Source: Salisapilia sapeloensis CBS 127946
Taxonomy: Eukaryota; Protista; Oomycota
Reading direction: 5' to 3'
Assembly: GCA_023334545.1 (NCBI GenBank)
Contig: JAADVB010000167.1
Location: forward strand, 1-42,531
Length of the DNA stretch: 42,531 bases
How positions within the stretch are numbered: the stretch's first letter is position 1; every line of letters begins with the position of its first letter. The translations under genes and the position numbers were made by a program. Positions 29,219 through 40,212 of the stretch are shown one piece after another. The notes below the pieces were generated by a model that ran no database searches, was not told the DNA's origin, and saw only the letters and a list, made by a program, of their open reading frames with translations.

Positions 29219-31861
29219 CTAGTAGATGCGTAGTGTCGAGATGAGTTCTCGTTGACAGACTGGACAGACAGGATCTTTTGCAGACGATTGCTTTAAATAC
29301 TCTTCTGCATCCTCTTCACAAAAGCACAAGTGTCCACATGGGACAACTGCTGTCACGGCGTTCTTATCTTGACAGACGATACACTCATCATCTCGACTTA
29401 CATCCGACGTCTTCTTGATACTATGCACATGAGCATCGACACGTTGTAATAAACTCCGTGTCGTCTGTTCCAGGACTCTTCTGTCTTCATCCACTCGCAC
29501 GAGTTTCTCCTGTAGCTGTTCACATAACGCTTCGTACTTGCTCTTGACGGAAGCATGTTGCTCTGCTCGTAACTGGTGCCCTGACAATCCAATCTCTGCC
29601 TTCTCTGCTTTCGTCTGAGCTTCCTCTAGATCCTTCTTTGCTTGTTCCAACTGGGCAGTGTAGCTCGCTTCTCGTTGCTTCCATAGTCGACGCATCTGAA
29701 GTTCACCTTGTAATCGACGTCGCCACTCGGCCTCAATCTTCTGATATCGTTGCTTGTACCTCGCGAGTTCCTGCTGCACGTCCAGTTCTGTTGGTGGAGA
29801 CACGATCGTCTTGGGTTTCTTTGCTGGCGGATGATCAGGTGGAGGTTTTGAGGCCGTGCGTTTCACAGGTGCTGGTTTCGATTCGACAGGAGCTGGCTTA
29901 GGAGGTAACCTCTTTTCATTTGAAGAAGACCAATGGCGAATGTTCCGGACGCCACATACCCAACAATCGTTACCTCTAGATGGTACGAGCCATCGAGATG
30001 CGAATGTTTCCGTCGGATCGACGTTTAAGTAGCCGTCGTCTGCGTCTTCTTCATCTTCTTGCGGGTTCGTGATCATGGCAATCATACTAGGGGCTTTGCA
30101 GGATGCGATGGATGGGTGGTAGACACGCATGGGAGCTCGATATTGTTGGTTTAACGATGCGTTGCGACCGATGACACGAAGAGCTGGCATCTCGTGCTCG
30201 TCATTCGCTTGGGCATAGTACAAACTGTTTTCAGACGAGACGGCGACGAGGACTTGCCCGTCGTCGGATGCGACGATGGAAGACAGCATCGTCATCGAAC
30301 GTCGAGACTTGCCACTGCCACTACGATCGCTCTTGTCGACTTGGAACTCTTCTCGATGTGCTTTGCCAGAGAAAATGAACGAGTGGAGGTTGACACGATA
30401 CGGTTCACCGGTTGCTGCGATGCCGTATCCATATTGACCGATGATAGAAGACACGTCGCTCGAATGTGGAACGTCCTTGTGATTATCAACGTCTAGACCA
30501 GATGATGAACCATCAAGTTTCCACGTCCGGACGTTTCGATCTTCACAGACGCATGCAAGAGCGAGACCCGATGATTCAGTTGGCGGGATGAACGTTGCTG
30601 CTAATGCAGTGTTGCCACCTGATGGTAATGTACACAAGTGTTCCCATTCCGGACTCGAACTGTCCGCTTGGGCTGTAAATTGCCATAGGTGGAGACTGCC
30701 GACACCAAGGCCAGTGACGATGTAGTAGACTCCGTCTGTATCACTTGCGTATGCGTCGCCAAAGCCACGCAGTTTGTTCGACGAGTGAAAGTGCTTTTCA
30801 AGCTCTGAATCTTCGTCGGAAGATTCATTTTTGTTACTGAGGGATACGCTCATGACAATACGCGGACCGGAGCGGCATCCGATGAAGGCAAACTTTCCGT
30901 CTGACGATACTTTAACACGCAAATTCACACTACCACATCGCTGCGACGCTTCTTCATCAATGTAACCTAAGAGATAACCATGTCGATCACTCGGGACGCT
31001 TCCATCCATCTCGAATAGACGCACGGAGCCGTCTGTGAAGCCTACTACTATACGTTCTCCGTCCGGAGACACGTCCAACGAAGTTGCGACACTTCCTGTG
31101 GAAAAGCAAAGCGACTTTGTCGCGACCGTCGACTTGTGTACAATTTTCTCCGCTTGTTTCTTAGGCTGCGCCTCTGGTGAAGCAGCCTTCTCTTCTTTCT
31201 TTGACGGATTCGACTGGGTACGAGAGGCATTCAGCTTGGACTGGAGTGACTGGTACGGTGACTTTGGTGGACGAGGACCTTCCGACTGGAGTGCACGGGA
31301 GACTGTGCGATTAGGAGATTGTCGAATAGGACTCGTCATGAGATCATTCAGTCTCGTACCACTTCCTGAATACACCTTCTGACGCGCAGGACGTGGTGGA
31401 GTCCGTGGTTGAGCTAATGTCGTCCTCACCGCAGCTTGTCGAAGTCTAGACGATGGTACTTCCGGACTTGGCTGCGTTCGAAGTGGAGGATTCTGTCGTG
31501 TAGGTGGAGGTGACAACGGAGTTGCAGGTCGTGGAGGCTGACTGGGTGGCGACATGGGCGAGCTGATCGCTTCCGGAAGCGGTTGCTGCTTTTGCTTTTT
31601 AAAGTAATCGATGACAGCCTGTCCACGCTTGCCACTGCCCGACCTAGATGCTGTGAGCACATTCTTCTTCACCATTTTGTCCATATTTAAGTTGCTCCGA
31701 CGGACTTGGTCGGCGGAACGTGGTGGCGCTGAAGTTGGCTTACGTTGTGCGGGAACGTCTTTCCCGGACGTTGACGTCGAATCCATCTTTGGAGGACGAT
31801 TTTCCTGTGTATCAATACTAGGTACGGAGTATCCGCTTGACAGAGACTGTCGTCGGTTCAT
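29219..31861 (-). CDS. Large hypothetical protein: disordered Pro/Ser N-terminus, WD40-like propeller, coiled coil, C-terminal RING-HC-like finger
   Basis: 880-aa single ORF with SLDVSPDGERIVVGFTDGSVRLF, VCEDRNVRTWKL and CIVC...PCGHLCFCEED...CPVC. Confidence 0.85.
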   Translation of the reverse strand: MNRRQSLSSGYSVPSIDTQENRPPKMDSTSTSGKDVPAQRKPTSAPPRSADQVRRSNLNMDKMVKKNVLTASRSGSGKRGQAVIDYFKKQKQQPLPEAISSPMSPPSQPPRPATPLSPPPTRQNPPLRTQPSPEVPSSRLRQAAVRTTLAQPRTPPRPARQKVYSGSGTRLNDLMTSPIRQSPNRTVSRALQSEGPRPPKSPYQSLQSKLNASRTQSNPSKKEEKAASPEAQPKKQAEKIVHKSTVATKSLCFSTGSVATSLDVSPDGERIVVGFTDGSVRLFEMDGSVPSDRHGYLLGYIDEEASQRCGSVNLRVKVSSDGKFAFIGCRSGPRIVMSVSLSNKNESSDEDSELEKHFHSSNKLRGFGDAYASDTDGVYYIVTGLGVGSLHLWQFTAQADSSSPEWEHLCTLPSGGNTALAATFIPPTESSGLALACVCEDRNVRTWKLDGSSSGLDVDNHKDVPHSSDVSSIIGQYGYGIAATGEPYRVNLHSFIFSGKAHREEFQVDKSDRSGSGKSRRSMTMLSSIVASDDGQVLVAVSSENSLYYAQANDEHEMPALRVIGRNASLNQQYRAPMRVYHPSIASCKAPSMIAMITNPQEDEEDADDGYLNVDPTETFASRWLVPSRGNDCWVCGVRNIRHWSSSNEKRLPPKPAPVESKPAPVKRTASKPPPDHPPAKKPKTIVSPPTELDVQQELARYKQRYQKIEAEWRRRLQGELQMRRLWKQREASYTAQLEQAKKDLEEAQTKAEKAEIGLSGHQLRAEQHASVKSKYEALCEQLQEKLVRVDEDRRVLEQTTRSLLQRVDAHVHSIKKTSDVSRDDECIVCQDKNAVTAVVPCGHLCFCEEDAEEYLKQSSAKDPVCPVCQRELISTLRIY

Positions 31862-32036
31862 GCAGAAGAAGCCTCGGAAGACGAGTACTTGCTTCCGCCA
31901 ATTTCCGTTTATGTGTTTTTGGCGCGAAACCCGAGATTCGTCTCGAATTAATACTTTGTACTTTATTTATAATTTGTATAATGTATGACGGTGGTATAGT
32001 GGATGGGAACGGACAAAGAAAAAGAAAAAAGAAAAA

Positions 32037-32769
32037 ATGAAGTGGCAGCACGCGATCCTTGTGCTTCTGAGCTTATCCCAAGCTTCGTACGCTGCATCCG
32101 AAGCGTCCGAGTTCTGGAGCTTTTCGGCGTATGATGCAGAAGGATCAGAGGTTCCGATGCGCTCTTTTAAAGACTCCAAAGTGATCATTGTCGTGAACGT
32201 CGCGAGCGAATGCGGCTTCACGGATCGCAATTATCGTGAACTCCAGGTATTATAAGCATCTTGTTACGTCTACAAGCTCCTAGAACTAACTTATGACGAC
32301 AGATTTTGTATGAAAGGTACCACGCTCGTGGACTGGAGATTCTAGCCTTCCCGTGCGACCAGTTTGGTGGTCAAGAGCCTGGTGATGACGCAACTATCCT
32401 CCAGTTTGCGCACGGCACGTACTCCGTTACGTTCCCCATGTTCTCGAAAGTCCGTCTATCTATCCAAACACTTTGTTTCCGTCGCTAATCTATCTATAAA
32501 ATCACCAGATTGAAGTAAATGGACCGAATGCACATCCGATCTTCAAGTACTTGGAGAAACAATTATCTGGTTTCATCTCCGACGGGATTAAGTGGAACTT
32601 TACCAAGTTCCTACTTGTGGATGGAGTACCCTATGCACGATACGGGAGCTCTACAAACCCTCTAAGCTTTGAAAGTGAAATCGCTTCACTCGTAACGGAG
32701 AAGGATGACGAGGATGATCTGGTTGCTGGTGACTCAGCCTACAGCCAAGATCCTCATGAAGAGCTTTAA
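32037..32769 (+). CDS. GPX: Cys-type glutathione peroxidase with signal peptide and ER-retention-like C-terminus (HEEL)
   Basis: [21 protein letters not shown] and IKWNFTKFL; two introns; hydrophobic N-terminus [19 protein letters not shown]. Confidence 0.93.
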
Positions 32770-32881
32770 TCTTCAATTTCCCAAAGAAACGTCTTTCTCT
32801 CACTTTACTTTGAGCTCTATCTTGTTAATTTTTATTTATATCTCTACTCTTTTTTCTCATTCACTCGATCCTGTGTGCCCA

Positions 32882-33750
32882 ATGACTTCGTCTAATGTCG
32901 TGGAGCAAGCGATCCAACGGTTGCAGCAACAGCAAGGAGAGTTCTATCTTTCTGCCGTCCAACAGGCGGTTGCGACCGAAGCAGAACGACAGGTGCAGCT
33001 ACGACATGTCTTGGATCGAAAGGAATGCAAACGTTTGGAAAAGAAATTTGCGAAAGAGAGGAAGAGAGAGCGCGAACTGTTGCGACAGATTCAGAAAGAC
33101 CATGAAATAACGCTTGCGACGAGGACGCAAGAGTGGAGATCACAAGGCGTGCCGGAGACGACGGCTCGATTGATGATGACCGAGCGATCGGATCGAATGG
33201 ACACGAAGCGAAGTGTGGATCCCATGGACAGGAAGACGAGTAGGAAGGATCACAAGTTATCAGAAGAGCGATTAAAGCAGTTGTCGAAAGCTAGAATACG
33301 CGTCAAACGTAGGCGATCTTTCTGTTCCTATACTGGGTAAAGATCTGATGAGGTGAACAGCAGATGAGCGTGCAGCTGAAGCGCACGGTTTGTCGAGGAA
33401 GCAGCCGGAAACAACTGCACAGGTCGATGTGTATAAGACACGATTCAAGAAAGAGAACCAAATCCGGCTTTCTCGGGCGGAAGCGCCGGGATTGACAGCT
33501 GAAGCGCTTCAAAAGGTTTGCACAGGATAGATGGATGGATGTGGAGGACTGGCAATCTAATCGACTTGTTTAGATGAGTGACGTGCAATTGCTCCAGGAA
33601 AAAAAGAGCTTGCTGTATCAGTTGCATGGGCTCATCTCGACACAGGAGCAGCATCCGAATGTTGTCGATGACCAGTGGACGGTCAGATCTTCCGTCTCGA
33701 GTTGGCATAGCTCGAACGCATATAACACAAGTAGCACTACATACAGGTGA
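32882..33750 (+). CDS. Hypothetical coiled-coil protein
   Basis: ATG 32882 with a charged heptad-like region. Two predicted short introns (~33309-33363, ~33509-33573) keep the frame open to TGA at 33750; the exon structure after 33310 is tentative. Confidence 0.55.
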
Positions 33751-35214
33751 GTGCCGACTAGTAATGCACCACTGCGCAGAGGAGACGGACAGAGTACACA
33801 GCAGCATTGTAGTGGGGCAGACGAGCTGTGAATCCCGCGGTCTGTATCCGCGGTTACAGCTCCGTTACTGATAAAAGTAACTGTGACTTCTGGTTGAATA
33901 ATACGTTTCTCCTGTGGCATGTCTTCGGCTACTCTTTCCACGTCAATTCGGAAACGATCGAGCGGTAAAGAGTACGACTTTCATGTGCGAGATACATTGT
34001 CTTCTTCCTGGAAACGTTAGCAGCATCGGAAATGTACCCATGCTGTCAGATAGATCTCTACGCCTCTTTAGGATTGCAATGCTTGGGTCGAAGCTAGCGT
34101 CCCGAGGTGAGCTAGAGGATGGTTTGCACGGAATTGACAGTATTCAGTCGTTTGTGATAGTAGCATCATCAAACCATCTTGTCCTGACACGTCCTACTCT
34201 TATGACGCTACCTACTTTGACGCTACTTGCGCGATGGATCCAATGATACACTCGCATGGTTGGCCGCGGAGCTTTGTCTGGGTTGCCACGTCTGATCCCT
34301 GCGTCTCGTCTGCCATGCGATCCACAAGCCAGCGTCCCGTGCTTTGACGATGGCACAGACGCGCAAGCGAACGTTCTCCGGCTCTGCAGCCACGTAAAGC
34401 CCGTTTTGTCGAGTCCCACTGGCCCTATCCGTCTGCGATAGTGATCAAGACGGAGTTGATTGACGAGTAAGATGGCATGCTCTGGCCCGAATCGAATAAG
34501 AGTATCTTTCGATTCTCTACATACGACGCGCATATCTTTCTACCTCGTTATCGGCCGAACATAATGGTCGTGCGCTATCTTTCGAGCACAGTTTCCAACG
34601 CCAGTACGAGGCCACCTGCGTGTGAGATCGTCCAGTGTTGACACTCTCTAGATTACTGAACGTATAACTAAGGATGGAAGACCATCTGCCTGCTGGTATG
34701 CAACAAGATGCAAGTCTCGCTGCGTGAGAATTGAAATTCTAGCTCGTAACATTTGCTTTGCATGCACTTGCGTTCGAAATGCAGTGGTAGATCGGATCCT
34801 TTGCATCCGAATTCGATTCAGAAGGAGCAACGCGCCACACACTTGGCGCAGAGCTGAGGCGACAGCACGCCAGTGTCGTGTCGTGATTGATTTGTCTTCG
34901 ACCGTGATACACGGTGATTCACATCTTGAGGCGATGCAAAGTTACTGCTGAACACTGGGCGCATCGGATCTGGTCGCCGAGTTACTAGCCATTTTTGTCC
35001 TGCAGATCAGCAAGACGTCAAAGTGAATGTGGAAAGGAACGAGATGCATGTGTAGGAATAATTGCTTGTTCTATTTGATTTACGACATACAAGAGCAAAA
35101 TGGGGATCTATACGGTCTCCCGTTCCTAGCATGAGCAAGGGTCTCCTCATGCTAAGTGGACACAAGTCGACTCGTTTATCTTAATTATATTTGATCAATT
35201 GTTCACCCTTGCGC

Positions 35215-35739
35215 TTAGCTGTTGAGCATCTCGAGAAGAGGAGACGTGCCGAGGAAGGACGGGATCTCGTACTCCTCTTCTTCCGCCAGCTCTTCATCCG
35301 GCTGCGCCGAAGCTTTCACGCTCACGTGCGGTTCGTCCGAGTCTTCCTGTCTTTTGCGAATACGCGTGCTTGCTTTCAAGTAGTCTGCAATGACTTTGCG
35401 GTAGAGTTCTAGTCGACTAGTAAGCTCACAGACCCAACACCGGCAGCCGCTCGGGTGATCCCGCAGTGGCTCCATGTCCTTATCGGCGTCGGCAAAGCTT
35501 CTTTCCATGAGTTTCGCTCGCCAGTCCTGATAGATTTTCAGTCGCAATTGATGCGCAACGATGCGTGCCTCGGGGCTCGTCGTGAGCGCCAGGTTCGACA
35601 CATCCTCCCAAAACGCGTCCATGACCGCAAGGTACTGTTCATGCAATGTTTGTAGCTCCGAAAGCAGTGCATCCTGCTCCGGAGACGTCGTGTCTTTCAT
35701 CCCGACGAGGAAATCCCGTACGTTCTTGGCGATCTCCAT
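35215..35739 (-). CDS. Hypothetical helical protein (174 aa) with HPSGCRCWVC motif
   Basis: Clean ATG-to-stop ORF with protein-like composition and an acidic tail; an Inr-like TCATTTTC lies about 40 nt upstream. Confidence 0.6.
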   Translation of the reverse strand: MEIAKNVRDFLVGMKDTTSPEQDALLSELQTLHEQYLAVMDAFWEDVSNLALTTSPEARIVAHQLRLKIYQDWRAKLMERSFADADKDMEPLRDHPSGCRCWVCELTSRLELYRKVIADYLKASTRIRKRQEDSDEPHVSVKASAQPDEELAEEEEYEIPSFLGTSPLLEMLNS

Positions 35740-36356
35740 GCGACTCGATGTGTCCTGGCGGCGGTGGATTCGAAAATGAACCGACCAAAGAGGCTGCTCG
35801 TTTCTATTTATTGGGCCTAAAGTTCAAAGCATCGCTGTGCAGCTGTGGAGTTGGTACAAAAACGCGAAAGTCCCTTTCTGTCCAAATGTAGGCGACAGGG
35901 CGATGGTGAGAACAAAAGGCCGAGGTTTGATTTTCTTCCTATACGTCAAGGCATGTAGTTCTGATTTGCCTCTCTTCCCATGATCCTTCCGGTCGAAAAT
36001 CCGGTCACATTAGAGTCTATGTTGAAAGCGGATTTGTCCTTGTTATAGAGGCCATTTGTTAGTAACTTGGCCGTCTTTGTTAGTGCATGGGTCGATCCAG
36101 CCTCGGACACGCACGCCACGACATCGATGAATCAGACACGCTATGTGTCCGCGACCAGCGAGACCTTGCTACTCGACAAGGTACTCGCAACCTGTAGATA
36201 GAGCATGCGGTCCTGTGAAGATCGGGCCGTGAGTAAGACGTACTCGTTAAAGACATGCTGACGTATACGCAAAAGTGCTACAAACGCGCTGGTAAGCGCT
36301 GGTCTGTGTCTGGCGTGAATTGGAGATCCAAAGCAGCGTATATTGACAAGAGGTAT

Positions 36357-36557
36357 TTACAATTGCCGCTTCTCTTGGACGTATCTTTCCAGCAGACTTC
36401 TATCTTTCTTCCCTTCCACCTTGTCAAAAACATGATTTAGGATTTCTTTTCTACGCTTCCCCAAGCCCAAGAGCTTCCGCTCGCCTTCCTTCCTACACAC
36501 AAGGAAATCCGGATCACCAGACTTGGCTCGATCTTGATACGATCCCGTGATTAGAAC
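36357..36557 (-). CDS. Possible internal exon of an unresolved intron-rich gene
   Basis: 66 open codons without ATG (…GSYQDRAKSGDPDFLVCRKEGERKLLGLGKRRKEILNHVFDKVEGKKDRSLLERYVQEKRQL); a GTAAAT donor overlaps the stop. I could not build a full gene model. Confidence 0.3.
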   Translation of the reverse strand, partial: VLITGSYQDRAKSGDPDFLVCRKEGERKLLGLGKRRKEILNHVFDKVEGKKDRSLLERYVQEKRQL

Positions 36558-37068
36558 TCACTATTAACTAACTCTTAGCCACTATCGCCTCCTATCTTTC
36601 CCGATCGTCCCTCTCTCCTCCAGATCCATGCGCACTCGTCTGGCCACATTGCAGTTGGACGCTTTTACACGCACTGATTAATCTTATCCAACGCACCAGC
36701 TCACTTGCATCGGTCATTCCTGTCAGCACTTTCAACTTGCGGTTGGTCAGCACACATGAAGCTAGTCCATTACCTCATGCGTTTCGAGTGCGTCTTCCCT
36801 CACGTTTCATTTGACGCTTGGTATCGTAGAGCTAGTAATAGTCGGACGATCGCACAGATTGCATACTTCGCACCGCACTTCTGACCACATCTGACATTTT
36901 TGTGTACAGATATTTTGTTGTATCACGGTCGACGACAATATCAGAAGCCACCTTGGAGCTAGCAGACACGAGTACCTCCTGTCTTTCAACCAAATGCGAA
37001 AGGTATAGGAATGCAACCGACTTGAGGTGAAATTTTGCATCCTGTATTTCCAAAAATAGTTGCCAAAG

Positions 37069-38427
37069 ATGTTTTCGCCACGAGCATCGGCCAAGTCGCC
37101 GCATGCCATCGTACCGGAGCATGCGACGAAAGCGCCGAGATACCGACCGACGATGGCACGCTTCACTTCGCACATCTTTTTCAATCCAGCACCATTGTCG
37201 AAGCTTTTTAGTAAACCCAAGGTTGTGGATCGAAAAATGACCGCCGTTCACACTAGCATCGTACCCGCTGCTTGTGCCATTGATAAGATCGTACCAACTA
37301 GACACAATGCCACAAACGTGGGCACGCCATCGACTGCACCAAGGGACATTTTACAGGCGCATCACTTTGAGTTTACAACACACGAGCAACGCGAGATTAT
37401 GCAATATGACGCTATCTATTACAGGGGCGACAAGGCACGCCCACTAGGCGGAGATGACAAGTGGGATGATGACGACGGCTATTATAACGTGCGAGTTGGT
37501 GGTCAATTGCGATACCGGTACGAGATTCGTGGCGTACTTGGTGCCGGTTCGTTCGGCCAAGTCGTCCGTTGTCAAGATCATTTGCATCAAATCGAAGTGG
37601 CAATCAAGATCGTTCGCAATCGACCGAAATGCACCATCCAAGCCTATCAAGAGGTCGAGACATTACGATCTATACCACGTACGTCCGGCATCATCCATCT
37701 ATTGGATACCTTTTCCTTTCGAAACCACGTTTGTATCGTCTTTTACGTTGCCGGAAAGGATTTGTACACTTGTCTCCGGACCCAAGGATTCACGCCATTT
37801 CCCATCTCTTGCATTCGGAAGATCGTGCTATCGTTAGTGCAATCGATGGTAGTGTTAAAGCGACAAGGAGTCATCCACTGTGACTTGAAAGCCGAGAATG
37901 TCTTATTACAGGGAGATCAGGCAACATTGATTGATTTTGGAAGTAGTTGCAGAGTTGGTGGGAACCTCTATAGCTACGTGCAAAGTCGTTTCTATCGAGC
38001 ACCAGAAGTCATGCTAGGTTACGTCTACGATTGCTCCATTGACATGTGGAGCCTCGGATGTCTCGTGGCTGAATTGGCAACTGGCCGCGTGTTATTTACA
38101 GGTGAAAATGAAGCAGAGCAAGTGGGATGTATCATGGAAGTATTAGGCCTGCCACCTACTTCCATGTTAAAAAAATGTAAATCAAGTCAAAGATCGCGTT
38201 ACTTTGACCAGGTTGCCGTTTCGGATGGCGATGGCGTGAGGTTTATGCCGAAAAAAGTAGTGAACGCGTACGGAAAGGTCCGCCGGCCATCTGGGAAGAG
38301 TTGGGCGGCGACTCTTGCCGTTGCTGATGGCGATGTTGCTGATTTTATCCACAAATGTATCGTATGGGCACCGAAAGATCGTATGACACCAGAGATGGCG
38401 CTAGAACACCCATTTCTGCAAGCGTAG
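37069..38427 (+). CDS. DYRK2: DYRK-family (DYRK2-like) dual-specificity kinase
   Basis: DH box DDDDGYY, GAGSFGQV, VAIK, HCDLKAEN, IDFGSSC and activation loop YSYVQSRFYRAPE; first ATG 37069. Confidence 0.9.
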   Translation: MFSPRASAKSPHAIVPEHATKAPRYRPTMARFTSHIFFNPAPLSKLFSKPKVVDRKMTAVHTSIVPAACAIDKIVPTRHNATNVGTPSTAPRDILQAHHFEFTTHEQREIMQYDAIYYRGDKARPLGGDDKWDDDDGYYNVRVGGQLRYRYEIRGVLGAGSFGQVVRCQDHLHQIEVAIKIVRNRPKCTIQAYQEVETLRSIPRTSGIIHLLDTFSFRNHVCIVFYVAGKDLYTCLRTQGFTPFPISCIRKIVLSLVQSMVVLKRQGVIHCDLKAENVLLQGDQATLIDFGSSCRVGGNLYSYVQSRFYRAPEVMLGYVYDCSIDMWSLGCLVAELATGRVLFTGENEAEQVGCIMEVLGLPPTSMLKKCKSSQRSRYFDQVAVSDGDGVRFMPKKVVNAYGKVRRPSGKSWAATLAVADGDVADFIHKCIVWAPKDRMTPEMALEHPFLQA

Positions 38428-38443
38428 GAAAATCTAGTTTGTA

Positions 38444-39610
38444 TTAAGACGGAGAATCTTCCATACTCCACATGCGTAGGATGTGATCCCAACTGCCAGA
38501 CACCCCATGTGTGTCGCCGTCAGTCGTTTCCACCCAGTCCACTGCACGTACATAATCTTGATGCTCCGTCTCCAACTTCAACGCACATGTCTGTGGGTTC
38601 TGCAGCGTATTAGTCGTCAGGTGAACAGTCGCATCGTCTCCACCAGACAAGAGCAACGGAGAATCGAACGGAGCGTAGGCTAATGTATGGATGGCGGCTT
38701 TATGGGTGACGAGCGTGGAAAGAGGCTTTTTCGGAAGACGAGTGTCAAAAGTGGAGATGACGCCATCCTCAAGACCTGTCGACAAGATACATTCTTGCGT
38801 CGGATGCCATGAAAGCGAAAGAGCCGATACTTGTGTATCTAGCACGAGAGATGGCGACATGGGTTGACGAGTATCCCACATGTGGATGGTGGCATCTTGG
38901 GCGGCAGATGCAAGTGTCGTGCCCACGATGGGACTCATGGCAACATCCCATATTAAATCCGAGTGACCTATCAGACATTAATGGATGCAATTCCTTCCTG
39001 TACTCTAATGCATATACCTTCAAAGGAAGAGACGTTGCTGCTTTCGCTTGATAGATCCCATACTTTGACACTATACGACTGCTTTAGACAGCGCTTCGAT
39101 TTGCATACGATAATGGACTTACATTAGGTCCCAACTTCCCGATATGACAGTGTTCGCGTCTATTTTGGAAGCGGATACACTTGTGACGATATCATCGTGG
39201 CCCCATGTACCCAACTCTCCATTCGGATCCAGTGGAGTGAGCACGGGTTCACTTGACTCGATCTCGAGCTTGAGCAAGAGCACGTCGCCGTTGTCACAAC
39301 CACAGACGAGGATGTCAGAAGAGGTTGTATCGTCCGATAGACTGATGTTCCAAGCTAACGACGTGATCCCCGTTGCAGTTCGAAAGCGACTGATCTGCTG
39401 GAGCGTTGAGGCATCCAATAGTTCGATGCCTCCGCTCCATTGGCTCCCCTCTAGATTGGATGTAGCGACGGCCAGAAGAGATGCATCGGTGATCAGACCG
39501 CCAATGGGAGGATGGACGGCAATGGCATCGATTTGAGCATCACCTGTTAGCGTCTTGCAACGACGTTTGTGGCGTTGCGTATCGAGCGCACTGCCAGCGA
39601 GCTGGGCCAT
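38444..39610 (-). CDS. WDR77: WD40 protein MEP50/WDR77 (PRMT5 cofactor)-like
   Basis: AVATSNLEGSQWSGGI, HDDIVTSVS, ISGSWDL.VKVWDL and LASAAQDATIHMWDTR; two introns near 38976-39025 and 39071-39122. Confidence 0.75.
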
Positions 39611-40212
39611 AGCAAATTTATTTTCTTGTTCAAGATAGTGTCAAATGAATATCTTTGATTGGTTTAAAATAAAGCTTTTCCACGAATCTAATTGGAGTAA
39701 TGGGTATCTCTAAAAGTCGCAAAATTAGTGATGGACAAGAAAATGGACCTGGTTTTATTCTACTCGCGACGGCAAAATCGGCAGAGAAGAAGCTTTGAAG
39801 ACATCGCGATCGTACGTTTGAATCCAAAGATACTTCTCTATGACCGGATGGGTTTAAGGAAAGCTTCGTAGTCATATAAGCTGAGATGATGCGTTCTCCA
39901 TTGACAACGTACACCATTCTCATCGTAGCATACAAATATTTGGAATTGAGGCAAATAGCTTGACATGGATGCAGCAGTAAGGAGTACTCGTTTCCGTGGC
40001 CAGATATATGACCTGATCCATCTCTATGCATTTCGACGCTCCTCTTTTGAATCAACCAATTCAATCTTGGAACGCCGTAGATCTCTACTTGACAAGATGG
40101 CTACAATTTTACTTAGTTGAAGTAACCAAATCACGTAGATGAAGAATGTGCTAGGTTGGAAAATTAAATTCATGTTTGATTTAAAATCATGCGCAAAGTA
40201 GCACTAAAATAA

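Noticed and set aside
33940-34010. In-frame TGA before the Cys-rich ORF 33618-33941, considered as selenocysteine
   Set aside because: No selenoprotein motif or SECIS recognised; the ORF overlaps the 3' exon of the plus-strand coiled-coil gene and looks spurious.
13866-39610. RBBP5-like and MEP50-like WD40 genes as a histone-methylation cluster
   Set aside because: They are 23 kb apart, belong to different complexes and have no catalytic partners nearby.
39630-40130. 144-aa minus ORF, and a plus-frame fragment SMHFDAPLLNQPIQSWN faintly like DUF285/BspA repeats
   Set aside because: No motifs in the ORF, and the plus-frame similarity is a single short segment among multiple stops; too weak without a search.
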